Shown: piece by piece, positions 12,880 to 24,386 of the stretch
Position numbering within the stretch: the first letter of the stretch is position 1
Layout of the letters: each line of letters opens with the position of its first letter
NCBI GenBank assembly: GCA_026770705.1
Contig: JANJGN010000006.1
Coordinates: 50,592,001-50,656,000, forward strand
DNA length: 64,000 nt
Reading direction: 5' to 3'
DNA from: Isurus oxyrinchus
Lineage: Eukaryota
The notes under the pieces: generated by a model
What the model was told of the DNA's origin: nothing
Database searches by the model: none
What the model saw: only the letters and a program-made list of their open reading frames with translations
Made by a program: the position numbers and the translations under genes

Positions 12880-13663
12880 TGTAACATATTGGAGTCTTGA
12901 GTAAACAGGTATTTTCTACATAAATATAGAATCTTTATAGGATTTTCTAGTAGCATTGATTCTCTCTCTGGAAACAGGATTTCTAAACATTTTGACCTCA
13001 AAGCAGCCTTATTTCAGGCTGCCATGTAGACATTTCTAAATTGTTAGGATGGTGTCTTCTGTACCCCCTTATCTACGCAATTGTTTAGAAAGGACTAGGA
13101 TATGACCCTCAGCAAGATGCAAACTAAAGACTGACCTTGAGCAGGGTGACGCACAAGGAGGTTGGCAACTACCTTGACAGTTTGGAGTACCTGTCCAGTA
13201 TCCATTGGTCAGAATAATTAGATAGATGAATGACAATGGGTAAGTTACTAGCCTCTCAAAAAGGATATGTCGATTGGTGTTATACAGGTGGTAGGGGGCT
13301 GAGGTAGTGGCGAGGTGGCAGTGCTCGTTGGGAAGCTGCCTTCTTCAGATGGAAAAGGGCCAGAGCAGGAGGAGGAAGATTGAGAGATCAAGGGAAGAGT
13401 TTCCTAATACTTGACTAGACAACGGAATGCTGTTACTACAAACTGTTACAGATTGTTTTTTTTTGTCTAGTTAGTTAATGTATCATATCTAAACTCATTC
13501 ACTTTTCCAGAACCATTTTCTCCAATTCAGGGTTGTGGGGAGTTGAAGCCTTTATATCTAAACTGTTGTTTCTCAATAAACTCAATAAACAATCTTAAAA
13601 TTACTTATGGCCAGCCTGCTGCCTATTTAGCTATCTGTGGCCCCGAACCCCCAAAATCTTACA
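12880..13663 (+). repeat. 3' LTR (with private 58-bp insertion)
   Basis: Follows gaaggggggat PPT; colinear with 5' LTR. Confidence 0.88.
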
Positions 13664-14754
13664 AGTGAACACAAAAATCACAATCTTCTGACTGAGAAGC
13701 AAATGGGCTCACTCACAACTTTATGGCCCCTTATAGATGTATGCAAAGTAACTGGCAGAAGCGGGAGGGCTATTTTGAAATACACTTATACAGCTAAATT
13801 AATAGAAGCTGGTGTTGACAAGCATTAGAATGGAGCCTTACATTTCACAAGTGGATGGCTGAAAATTATGCAATTTCAGCAATAATCTTCCAGCCATTGA
13901 TCATGGGCTGTGTCTGCAAGATTTGCCAATGTCTCACCAAGTGAAGTTTCATGCTTGGAGCATTCAAGTGGAAAATTGCCCTCAATTCTTGATTTGGAAA
14001 ATTGGGGGCTGAATTTTCATGGGAAACATTTTGGAGTAGTGCCAGGGTAGGGCAAAACATTTACATAAATGCCATTTGTGTCCCATTTTCCAGAGTCAGA
14101 AACAAATGCATGCACCAGCACGTACTCATGGCATTATTAGTGCAAACTGAGATCAGACATGATTAAAGTGCAAGTGAACTTCATTTACATAAGTGTGATA
14201 GGTGTAACAATCATAGTGCACTTGTGCAACCACTTGTGAAATCAAAACTTCTTAATTTTCCTTTCCTTACCACTTCTTCTAAGATCTGCACAACTACCCC
14301 CCCACCAGCCCCCCCGCAACATCCACAGCAGGGGTAGAGGCAGCCTGCTGACTAGTTTGCCCTGTTGTCTTGGGTGGCCTTGGCGTCCTCTGGAGACCTG
14401 TGGCCTAGAGGGCCCCGGCTTACTTTGGTTGACCTATTGTGGGGCAACTGCTCCACCTATGGTCACAGGACGAAGCTGAAGGGGTCACAGTCTAAGGGGA
14501 ATTGGAAGGGCTGGACAGACTCAGAGAGTCCTGAGTGGAGGTCCAAAGCGTGTCCAACTGCCACTCCTCCTCCCTTTGGGTACCAGAGGACATCTGCTTG
14601 AATCCTTGAGGGAAAGGGGCACCTGGAGAGAGGTGGAGATGCCCTGTCCCCCTCTTGCATAGGCACTGCAAAAGCTCACCCATGGCTACAGCAATGGAGG
14701 ACTGGCCTGCTCGCATCACCAGCAGAATCTGCTGGACCAAGTTCTCCATGACAT

Positions 14755-15985
14755 CCACCACATCAACAGGGAGAGGTCTCAGGCCAGGGGTGGGAGTGGC
14801 CCACATTAGGTTCCTCAATCACTTTGAGGAGTGTGCCTTCGCTCTGACTGTTGAGGACATGGACCGTGGCTACGATGACAGTGAAGTCGGCAGCGAACAC
14901 CCTTGTGAGGATCCTGCACCACATCATCCCTCTCTCAATGCAAATATGAGCACTTTCTCTCCTGTTTTTGTCCCCCGCTGCCATGCACTAATTATCACTT
15001 TTTTGGTTCACAGGGAGCTCTGTCAAGTGACTGATACCCTCAGCCAGTCAGTCCCTCAGTTCTATCCATGTCCTTCCCTCCAGCCAAGAGGGCTCCTCCT
15101 CCATTGAACAGCAGGAAATAAGCAGCCTAGAAGACCGGCCACAGCGCTTACCCACATCCTTCACCAGCACAGAGACACACACCTCGGTGGGATCTAGATC
15201 TAGAGCAGACTTGGATTCACAATCTGGTGGTCACCATATAGATGTGTGCCCGCAGCAGGAGAAAGCAGATTCAGCCGAGCTCCCCAGCACTTGGAGAACT
15301 GCTGGGGAGGAGGCATCTGTGAGGCCTGAGTCAGATGATGAATCTCTGGATTCGGCCTTCCAACTCATCTTGGAGAGTCAGCAGAAGGCGGGGTAACATC
15401 ACGCAGAGCTGTTGGAAGCCCTCAACAGAGTGGCATACGAGTTGGAGAATTGTGTTCACTTGCTCTCTGATGAAGTGGTGCCCAATTATGTGCGAATGGA
15501 GGTATCATGGGGAGAATGGCGGACACCATGGAGACCTGGTCCAGCAGAATGCAGAGACGTGTGCAGACCGACACTCCATCGCAGGAGCCATGGGTGAGTT
15601 CCTGCAGTTGTGATGCAAGAGGAAAACGGAGCATCTCAGCATCCCCCAAAATGCTCCTTCTAGGCATCCAAAGGGAGGAGGAACGGCAGCTGGACACCCC
15701 TGGGCCATCCACTCAGGAATCTCAGAAGCTGTCCTATCCCTCCAAGTCCCCTTTGCCTGTGACTCCCTCAACCTCATCCCCTGTCATCGCAAAGGGAGCA
15801 GGTGACCCACAGGAGGACAGCCAGAGCAAGCCAGGGCCCCCAAGGCCTCAGCTCTCCAGAGGACCCATGCCAAATTCATCAGAGGCAACAGGGCCAACCA
15901 TTGCACAGGCTGTTCCACCCCTGCTGCGGATGTCAGAGCAGCACCTTGAAGGAGTGGTAGGTCTAGGAAAGTTAAGAAATTATGA
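14755..15985 (+). pseudogene. Harbinger Myb/SANT-like accessory gene, exons 2-3 remnant
   Basis: NRERSQ../GVAHIRFLNHFEECAFAL exon, gtgag..ttcacag intron (~14905-15012), S/E-rich exon parallel to 45245-46188 (ESDDESL vs ESGSDDVPL; GPPRPQLSRG vs GPSQAPRVRG). Confidence 0.7.
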
Positions 15986-16052
15986 TCACAAATGGTTGCA
16001 AGGCTGAACTCACTTTGTCACTTTATAACTTGAAAATATATTCACTTTCACT

Positions 16053-16310
16053 GATGGGAACACCACCACCTGGAAGTTCCCTTCCAAGACATGCACCATC
16101 TTGACTTGAAACTATATCGCTGTTCCTTCACTGTCGCTGGGTCAAAATCCTGGAACTACCTTCCTTACTGCACTGTGGATGTGCCTACACCACATGGACT
16201 GCAGCAGTTCAAGAAGGCAGCTTACCACAACCTTCTCACGGGCAATTTAGGGATGGGCAAGAAATGCTGGCCCAGCCAGCTAAGCCCATATCCTGAGAAT
16301 GAATAAAAAA
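16053..16310 (+). mobile_element. family-A LINE 3' tail
   Basis: gggaacaccaccacctggaagttccc..gggcaatttagggatgggcaagaaatgctggcc..aatgaataaaaaa. Confidence 0.88.
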
Positions 16311-16445
16311 TATACCTAATGGTATCTTTCAGCTTCATTGACAGACTTTGCAAGCCCTCCCACTGTATTCCACACCACCACGCCCCACCACCACTAACAG
16401 TTTAGCTGCACACAGCCAGCCCACGAATGATTCTGGAAGGAGAAG

Positions 16446-16498
16446 TGTGTGTGTGTATGTATGTGTGTGTGAGGAGAATGTGTGTGTGTATGTGTGTG
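16446..16498. repeat. imperfect (TG)n microsatellite
   Basis: Direct reading. Confidence 0.9.
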
Positions 16499-17039
16499 GC
16501 AGGGCCTTTCAGATCCTCGTGCAAGCATTCTCCCACGCACACAGATCCTTTCTGTATAACATTCATCTCAGTGTCCTGAGCATTTTCAATGCTGTCTGCT
16601 GGGGTTCTTTTTCTGTTCACCATCTGAGCTGGCCTACATCTCCGCCCACCCACTGATCACACTCCCATGCAGCACCTGACCTTGCCCACCATAAGTCTCG
16701 TTTCATTTTTGATTTAGCCACCATGATGATAATACTCCTTTCCCCTCCTCCTGTCACCCATTTATTTTCCCCTATAACTGTTGATGCCCCTGGCATCACA
16801 TTCCACTTCACCTTCCGTGACCTACCAGCCACAGCCCTTTTCTTTTGGGGATTTCCAGGTGAACGTACACATTCCCTATCTTCCTGAAAATCTCACCCCC
16901 ATCCATATTAACATTCCTAACCTCCTCCTTTTCACCCAGGGTCCGGGTCTCCCTATGAGTCACCACCAACCAGCCTTGTCATCCCTTCTACCAATACAGT
17001 AGAACCCTCGCTTGCACATTCACCTGGACATCCCACCCT

Positions 17040-17610
17040 CCAGGCTCCTTCCCCCCTTGGAACTCCTTCCCCCCAAGACTTATCAGCCTTAGCTCTTCAC
17101 CCTCCCTGCCCACTGCTGGACTCCGCCCCTCTTAGTCCTTCCCACTTCCTGACTCCTTCCTCCAGCCTTACTTCTTCTTCCAACCTTACCACTTCCCCCT
17201 TCCCGACTCCTTCCTCCACTCTTACTTCTTCCTCCACCCTTATCCCCTCCCCTCTCTGCACTCCATCCTCCCCCGAGTCCCCTTCCTCCCCCTGGGCTCC
17301 TTCCCCTCTCTGCACTCCTTCCCCCCGCTCCAAACTCCTTCCCTTTCATCTTCCACCCCCCCTTACATCTACCTCCCCAGTTCCCGTCTTCTCCCATTAC
17401 CCTGTCCTCCCTGTCGTACCTCCCCCTCCCAACCTCACCTCCCCCCACCCGGGACCTTCATTCCCCCCTCCCAATCTCAACCCCCAAACACCTCTTCCTC
17501 TCCCAGTCGATTCTAGATCTTCCTCTCAAACAACACCCACAACCCCACCCCCCGCACCCCTGTTACTTCTTCCTCTCCCAAACACAGCTGGACCTTCCTC
17601 TACACCCCTT
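17040..17610. repeat. C/T-rich low-complexity tract with degenerate 18-bp minisatellite (~17150-17340)
   Basis: Units such as actccttcctccagcctt / acttcttcttccaacctt / actccttcctccactctt. Confidence 0.8.
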
Positions 17611-18844
17611 CGTCCATCATCTGTTGTGAGCAGACCCTCAAAGGTGACTTTCCACCTGCCGTGAGCTGCTTTGTGGTGGAGCCATGTCCATGAAAATCCA
17701 TCCATCCATGGTTGTTCCTCCAGAGTCCTGTTGCTGTCAGGCTCCAGCATCTTCTGCTCCTTGGATGTCCACGATGTGAGCAAGGCCCTGGTGGTAAGTC
17801 CCGACTTCTGCACGTCACACTTATCAAGACGTGTTCTGCACTGGCGTGTTTTCCCACCGACGTGGGTGGATGATCCAATATGGGTGGATGATTCCAGCAG
17901 GCTGAGCTTATAATGAAATGCAGGTGCATTACAATGATGGTTCCAACGTCCGCCTGCAGGTAGCGCAGTTGGCCGTGAATGGGCTGAGTGGACGATCGCA
18001 AACTGGTATCACAACATCGTGAAATCGATTTTTGGCCGCCTTGCCATATTGTCCGCTTATGCCGCCAAACACGCCCGACGCCAGCGGGCACAGAAAATTC
18101 TGCCCTAAGACTTCTAAAAATTTAAAAATTTTGTTTCTAATTTATATTTTCAAAGCCAGGTTCTAGAGGCAGAAGGGTACTGCTCCAATCCACTGAATTT
18201 CATTTGTTTTCTCTATAATTTAATAAATAAGCAACATTAGAGATATTTTCAAAATAATGATACAATATGATAAAAGACCTGGGATTCACATGGGAGTTGT
18301 CCCATTGGAACTTCAGCAGGAGACTACAAAAACCCTCAGAGAAATAGCAAAAGTAGCCATTTATACCTTTTCCCTGAGTTTCTGCTGGTCTCCCATCAAA
18401 GTTATGGTGGTAGCCCAGGAAAAGCCCTTCAGAATTTCAGGGACATGCCATTTAAAAACAGAGGTATAGCTTAATTGGAAAATGTTGAACCAGCTTGATC
18501 AGGAAAGAAACCTGACAACTATAGCAGATGAAGAATCACTGAAGAATGTCTGGCTGCTGTCAAAAATAACCAATGGGCTAACTGGTTACATGAAAAGAGG
18601 AATAGGACGTAGATCAGCAGACGTATTTCTTGCTGTTCTGGAACCTACACTGCAGAAAGAAGATTGGCAGGTTCTAATAACAAAAATTTGGGTGAACGTT
18701 TTTGAGGTCTGGTTTTACTGGCAATTGGCAATTTTTTCAATTGCACAAGTGTTCATTGTGGTCATTTTTAGGAAGGAAAATCTAGCCTTTGGTGTTTCAA
18801 ATATCTGATTTGTGTTATTGTGTGATTCACTCACTTTTGTCACA

Positions 18845-19997
18845 TTTCCGTCCTTAGCTTGCTGCAATGCTCCAGTGAAGCCCAATACAAGCTTGAGGAA
18901 CAGCACCTCATCTTCTGATTAGGCACTTTACAGCCTTCTGGACTCAATAGTGAGTTCAACAACTTCAGACCATGAATTCTGTCCTCCATTGTGATTTTTT
19001 TTCGCCAAGTGCCAATCTATATTTGCTTTCAGACAAATCTGTCCAATTTTCTGCCATTAACACTTACTCTGGACTAATGCTTTGCATCCTTATTATAGCC
19101 ATTACCACTCCCTTTGGCTTTTATTCCATTACATCTTTGATACCGAGGCCAGAAATGTCCACTCGTCTGGGGGTTTGTGTGGGGGCAGGCCGGAGTGAAC
19201 CCGATCGGGTCCGCACCGCCATTTTACATGGGCGGGTCAATTAAGGCCCGCCCATCATGACGCTGAGCGCTCCCTGTGAGGGTGGGGTGGGGATTCCCTG
19301 AGTGGTTCCCTGCGCTGTTTTGTGCATGTGCATGAAAGAGCATAGAGATCTTCCTGAAGCACGGGGGAGACACACTTCCGGGTGTGCATCACAATGTGCT
19401 GGCCTTAATTGGCCCGCCCACATAAAATGACGCGCGGGGACCCGATCGGGGGCTCTAATCGGGTCTGTGCCTGCCCCTGCACAACTCCCCCCAATGGGGG
19501 AAAATTTCTAACCTAGGTATCAAAGATGTAATGGAATAAAAGGCAAAGGGCGTGGTAATGTCTATGGTAAAGATACAAAGCATTAGTCCAGAGTAAGTAT
19601 TAATTGCAGAATAATGGACAGCTCTGTCTGAAAGCAAATATAGATTGCACTGAAAATCTAAATGGCACACGGTGACGTCAGGATGCCTGTCTGACATCAC
19701 CGTACGTCATTCTACATGTCGGCGAGCGGGCCCCAGCAACCCGCACCCCCCCTAACTCGCTGATGGGAAAATGCTGCCCCTAATCTCTCCTGCCCTCACA
19801 ACTATCTTTGACTTTCAATTTTGTTCTACCTGACCCTCCCCCCCTTTTCAGCAGCATTAAACCCATCACATTTTTACCTTTCTGCAGTTCTGAAGAAGAG
19901 TCATGTTGGACTTGATATGTTAACTCTGTTTCTCTCTCCACAGGTGCTGCCAGACCTGCTGAGTTTTTCCATCTATTCCTGTTTTTATTTCTGATTT
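18845..19997 (+). mobile_element. Penelope 3' end (GIY-YIG tail + pLTR) interrupted by MITE and inverted duplication
   Basis: gaggaacagcacctcatcttc..ttcaacaacttcagaccatga, then pLTR resuming at 19780 with hammerhead-like motif and gacctgctgagttttt. Confidence 0.85.
19147..19779. mobile_element. composite Harbinger MITE containing an inverted copy of its left flank
   Basis: MITE motifs ccgccattttacatgggcgggtcaattaaggccc; right TIR gggaaaatgctgccc. Confidence 0.7.
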
Positions 19998-21577
19998 GTG
20001 TTACATTGACTCTTGATGCGCTCAAATTAGTTGTAAAACAATCTTGTAAATAGTGCTTAAGACAAGGGTTTTACTCGTGTTATCTCAAGATCAGTTTGCT
20101 TGATGTGCTTGCTGAGTTTTTACAGGTGCACAGAAGCACCAAGTGACAGAAACAATGAGCTGTATTGTTTCAGAACTTGCTTTCATGTAAGAAAAGGCAA
20201 TTCACAATTTTGTGTCAGAAAATTAACAGTCAATTTTGTTCTTGAAATTAATAACAAAATAAAGGACACATAAGTCGTATTTTAAATTTGGCCATTCTTT
20301 TGAAATTATAAATAATGTTGTTTTACTTATAATCTATTCACCTCAGAACTTAGTAAGTAATTCAATTGTCACAAAGTATAAGGGGAACAATTATTAAACC
20401 ATTTGACACAGCTAACAAAATCTTCATTAAGATTCATGCTCAGAATGTGGGTATTGCTGACAGAGCTGGAATTTATTGTCGATCCCAAGCTGTCCCTGTA
20501 GGTAATAAAAATAAGAAGGAATGCAGAAAAGGTGAATCAGCAGTACAAGGAGGAAGTGCTTGTACATTGAGGGTAGGATTACAATACAAGTAATTTGTTT
20601 GACATGACGATAATCAATTTGACATAGTAAACTAGTTTTAATATGTGCACATCTTAAATACACAATAGATATTTTACCCTGTTTAATGCTCTCAAGCACA
20701 AATTAATTATTGCTTTAAAACAAAAACGATATACATGTTTAATTAAAACTGATTTCAACCTGAATGCACTCCAGAAATCAAATTAGTTGCACGAGCAACA
20801 GAGACTCTCAATGCTCAAGCATAACAGAGCTTTTTAATAATGGTGAGATGGTTAATTATAATGCTGCTATTGATGGGTGCAGCACAGTATATTGGATCCA
20901 AATAGATTACATAGATTAAAGTAAGAATGTCCTGTGTAGTCAGGTAGAGAATATGAAAATGAAAACAAAATACTGTGAATGTTGGAAGTCTGAAATAAAA
21001 ACAGGAACTGCTAGAAATACTCAGCAGCTCCGACAGTAATTAATGTGCAACAAAAAAAACCTCTGCTCTTTCGGTAAATACATACGGACCAAAAAATGAA
21101 CAAAAGAAATGAACAATATTATGGCTCAGTGAATAAAAGCAGAGGTAAAATTATATAAATTATATAATTATCAGGAACACATCTAATAATGTGCTTACCT
21201 AATTAGAATCTTATGACAATTATTGCTATTATAATTTGTGTGGATGAGTAGTGAATTGTTTTAAAATTTAAACCAGGCCACAATTTATATGGCTGAGTAA
21301 GTTAACTTTTTAGTCACTTTGAATTATTTAGATGTTGAATTATCTTTATTATTTATTATTATTATTTATTATTGAGAACTCTGCATTCCTCCAACTCTGG
21401 CTCCTGAACACTTCACCCACACCCTTCACCCCACAATTGGCGGGTCTTCAGCTATTTCAGCCATGCTGTATTACCTCTATTTAATTTGGTTAAAAAATTA
21501 AACTTGTCTCTTTGTTTGTGTATCTTTATTTCTTCTTCCACTCTCTCCCTCTCCTTCTTTCTATTTCATATGTTTAT

Positions 21578-21959
21578 GGAGGCAGTGGCACAGTGGTAAT
21601 ATCACTGGACTCATAATCCAGGGGCCTGGGCTAATTCCCTGGTGACATGGGTTCAGATTCTACCATGATAGCTGGTAGAATTTAAATTCAATTAATAAAC
21701 CTGGAATTATTAAGCTGGTCTTAGTAATGGTGACCATGAAACTATCATCAATTGGTGTAAAAACCCACTTGGTTCACTAATGCCCTTTAGGGAAGGTAAT
21801 CTGCTGGTCTTGCCTACATGTGACTCTAGACCCACAGCAATGTGGTTGACTCTTAACTGGCCTCACAAGCCACTCAGTTCAAGGGCAATTAGAGATGACC
21901 AACAAATGCTGGTCTTGCCAGTGATGCCTACATTGCATGAAAGAATAAAGGAAAAAAAA
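21578..21959 (+). mobile_element. tRNA-derived SINE carrying the family-A LINE 3' tail
   Basis: A box tggcacagtgg (21586-21596), B box gggttcagattc (21649-21660), tail aagggcaattagagatg..gaaagaataaaggaaaaaaaa. Confidence 0.9.
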
Positions 21960-22821
21960 TGCTAGTAATTGTCTCATTGGTGTAAACAATCAACAGAACA
22001 AACATTACCCTGGAGAGGAGAGATCTCTGTTTCCCCTTTTTCATTCACATTATTTTTGTTCAAGGCTTTCTCGCAATGTCATAATTTCTTCCTCCTAGTA
22101 TGGTTTCTGAAGCTTATACAACACAAAGGCATTTATCCAATCTGTGCAGTGTTGCTTTTCACACACATATACGCACATAAAAGAAAAAAAAAATCTTTGT
22201 TTTATATAAAAGGACTATAAAGTGTATAATGCTCTTGAAATTTTCCTTCGTTCTTCTTTAAATAATTTTGAAAAACAACCAGGTGACTGCTGCTCAAATT
22301 TAAAGAAAGATGCAGCTAACTGAAGAGTTTTGTTGTGTGTTGGGTGATAGGTACCCTGCAGCTCTGTGGCTGCACAATCCAAATTCAGGTTACAGCGCTA
22401 CACCTCTGAGCAGAAGTCTCAAGTCCTGGACCAAGTTTTGGGACAGGCAGAGACCTACAAGTAAAATTTAACCAAGTCATTACTAGACATAAAATAAATT
22501 CATGCATAAAAGTAATCATGTTGCTGTGAATTTGTGCATTTATTTTATTTTTAAAATTCCATTTAAATCCTTAATTTGGATATTAGAAGTTTCAGTTACT
22601 GAGGAAAAAGTGGCTGACCAAAAATATTCAACTAAAATTTTTCACCAATTATTTTGAGCAATTTGTGGGGAAATGCCACCCAATGGCCAGTTTGGTCAAT
22701 TGAGGGTGATTTCAAATATAAAAACAAAAAAACTGCGGATGCTAGAAATCCAAAACAAAAACAAAAACAGAATTACCTGGAAAAACTCAGCAGGTCTGGC
22801 AGCATCGGCGGAGAAGAAAAG

Positions 22822-22860
22822 AGTTGACGTTTCGAGTCCTCATGACCCTTCGACAGAACT
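22822..22860 (-). ncRNA. minimal hammerhead ribozyme motif in Penelope pLTR (CUGUCGA core variant)
   Basis: AGUU-CUGUCGA-A-GGGUC-AUGAG-GACUC-GAAAC-GUC-AACU; stems I and II pair. Confidence 0.65.
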
Positions 22861-23252
22861 TGAGTTCGAGTCCAAGAAAGAGTTGAAATATAAACTGGTT
22901 TAAGGTGTGTGTGTGGGGGGCGGAGAGAGAGAGAGAGAGAGAGGTGGAGGGGGGGTGGTGTGGTTGTAGGGACAAACAAGCAGTGATAGAAGCAGATCAT
23001 CAAAAGATGTCAACAACAATGGTACAAAAGAACACATAGGTGTTAAAGTTAAAGTTGGTGATATTATCTAAACGAATGTGCTAATTAAGAATGGATGGTA
23101 GGGCACTCAAGGTATAGCTCTAGTGGGGGTGTTTTTTTTAATTTTAAAATATTTAAAAATAATGGAAATAGGTGGGAAAAGGAAAATCTTTATAATTTAT
23201 TGGAAAAAAAAGAAGGGGGAAACAGAAAGGGGGTGGGGATGGGGGAGGGAGC

Positions 23253-24098
23253 TCACGACCTAAAGTTGTTGAATTCAATATTCAGTCCGGAAGGCTGTAA
23301 AGTGCCTAGTCGGAAGATGAGGTGTTGTTCCTCCAGTTTGCGTTGGGCTTCACTGGAACAATGCAGCAAGCCAAGGACAGACATGTGGGCAAGAGAGCAG
23401 GGTGGAGTGTTAAAATGGCAAGCGACAGGGAGGTTTGGGTCATTCTTGCGGACAGACCGCAGGTGTTCTGCAAAGCGGTCGACCAGTTTACGTTTGGTCT
23501 CTCCAATGTAGAGGAGACCACATTGGGAGCAACGAATGCAGTAGACTAAGTTGGGGGAAATGCAAGTGAAATGCTGCTTCACTTGAAAGGAGTGTTTGGG
23601 TCCTTGGACGGTGAGGAGAGAGGAAGTGAAGGGGCAGGTGTTGCATCTTTTGCATGGGCATGGGGTGGTGCCACAGGAGGGGTTTGAGGAGTAGGGGGTG
23701 ATGGAGGAGTGGATCAGGGTGTCCCGGAGGGAGTGGTCCCTACGGAATGCTGATAGGGGGGGTGAAGGGAAGATGTGTTTGGTGGTGGCATCATGCTGGA
23801 GTTAGCGGAAATGGCGGAGGATGATCCTTTGAATGCGGAGGCTGGTGGGGTGATAAGTGAGGACAAGGTGGACCCTATCATGTTTCTGGGAGGGAGGAGA
23901 AGGTGTGAGGGCGGATGCGCGGGAGATGGGCCGGACACGGTTGAGGGCCCTGTCAACGACCATGGGTGGAAAACCTCGGTTAAGGAAGAAGGAGGACATG
24001 TCAGAGGAACTGTTTTTGAAGGTAGCATCATCGGAACAGATGCGACGGAGGCGAAGGAACTGAGAGAATGGGATGGAGTCCTTACAGGAAGCGGGGTG
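23253..24098 (-). pseudogene. Penelope RT thumb + GIY-YIG endonuclease (truncated, in-frame stop at ~23802)
   Basis: SHPASCKDSIPFSQFLRLRRICS; NLVYCIRCSQCGLLYIGETKRKLVDRFAEHLRSV..LEEQHLIFRLGTLQPSGLN. Confidence 0.93.
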
Positions 24099-24253
24099 TG
24101 AGTGCCCTACCATCCATTCTTAATTAGCACATTTGTTTAGATAATATCACCAACTTTAACTTTAACACCTATATGTTCTTTTGTACTATTGTTGTTGACA
24201 TCTTTTGATGATCTGCTTCTATCACTGCTTGTTTGTCCCTGCAACCACACCAC

Positions 24254-24285
<32 letters not shown>

Positions 24286-24347
24286 CGCCCCCCACACACA
24301 CACCTTAAACCAGCTTATATTTCAACTCTTTCTTGGACTCGAACTCA

Positions 24348-24386
24348 AGTTCTGTCGAAGGGTCATGAGGACTCGAAACGTCAACT
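24348..24386 (+). ncRNA. minimal hammerhead ribozyme motif, second (inverted) copy
   Basis: Identical to 22822-22860 in the opposite orientation. Confidence 0.65.

Larger units (their letters stand above)
8385..13663 (+). mobile_element. two-LTR retroelement with tRNA-Leu PBS and PPT but no recognisable RT/IN (non-autonomous)
   Basis: Direct repeats 8385-9085 (TGTAAGA..TCTTACA) and 12880-13663 (TGTAACA..TCTTACA); PBS 9088-9105; purine tract before 12880. TSD not clean. Confidence 0.88.
14006..18105. mobile_element. rearranged Harbinger derivative with Myb/SANT-gene remnants and no recognisable transposase
   Basis: Putative TIRs gggctgaatttt (14006) and aaaattctgccc (18105); right end homologous to MITE 42712-42990. 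Left boundary uncertain. Confidence 0.55.

Noticed and set aside
17089-17448. Gly/Glu-rich protein ORFs
   Set aside because: Open only because the purine-rich minisatellite strand lacks T.
18257-18808. Two short ORFs as host exons
   Set aside because: No recognisable motifs or convincing splice context; probably old repeat debris.
21578-21665. tRNA gene
   Set aside because: SINE head with insertion, followed by SINE body and LINE tail.
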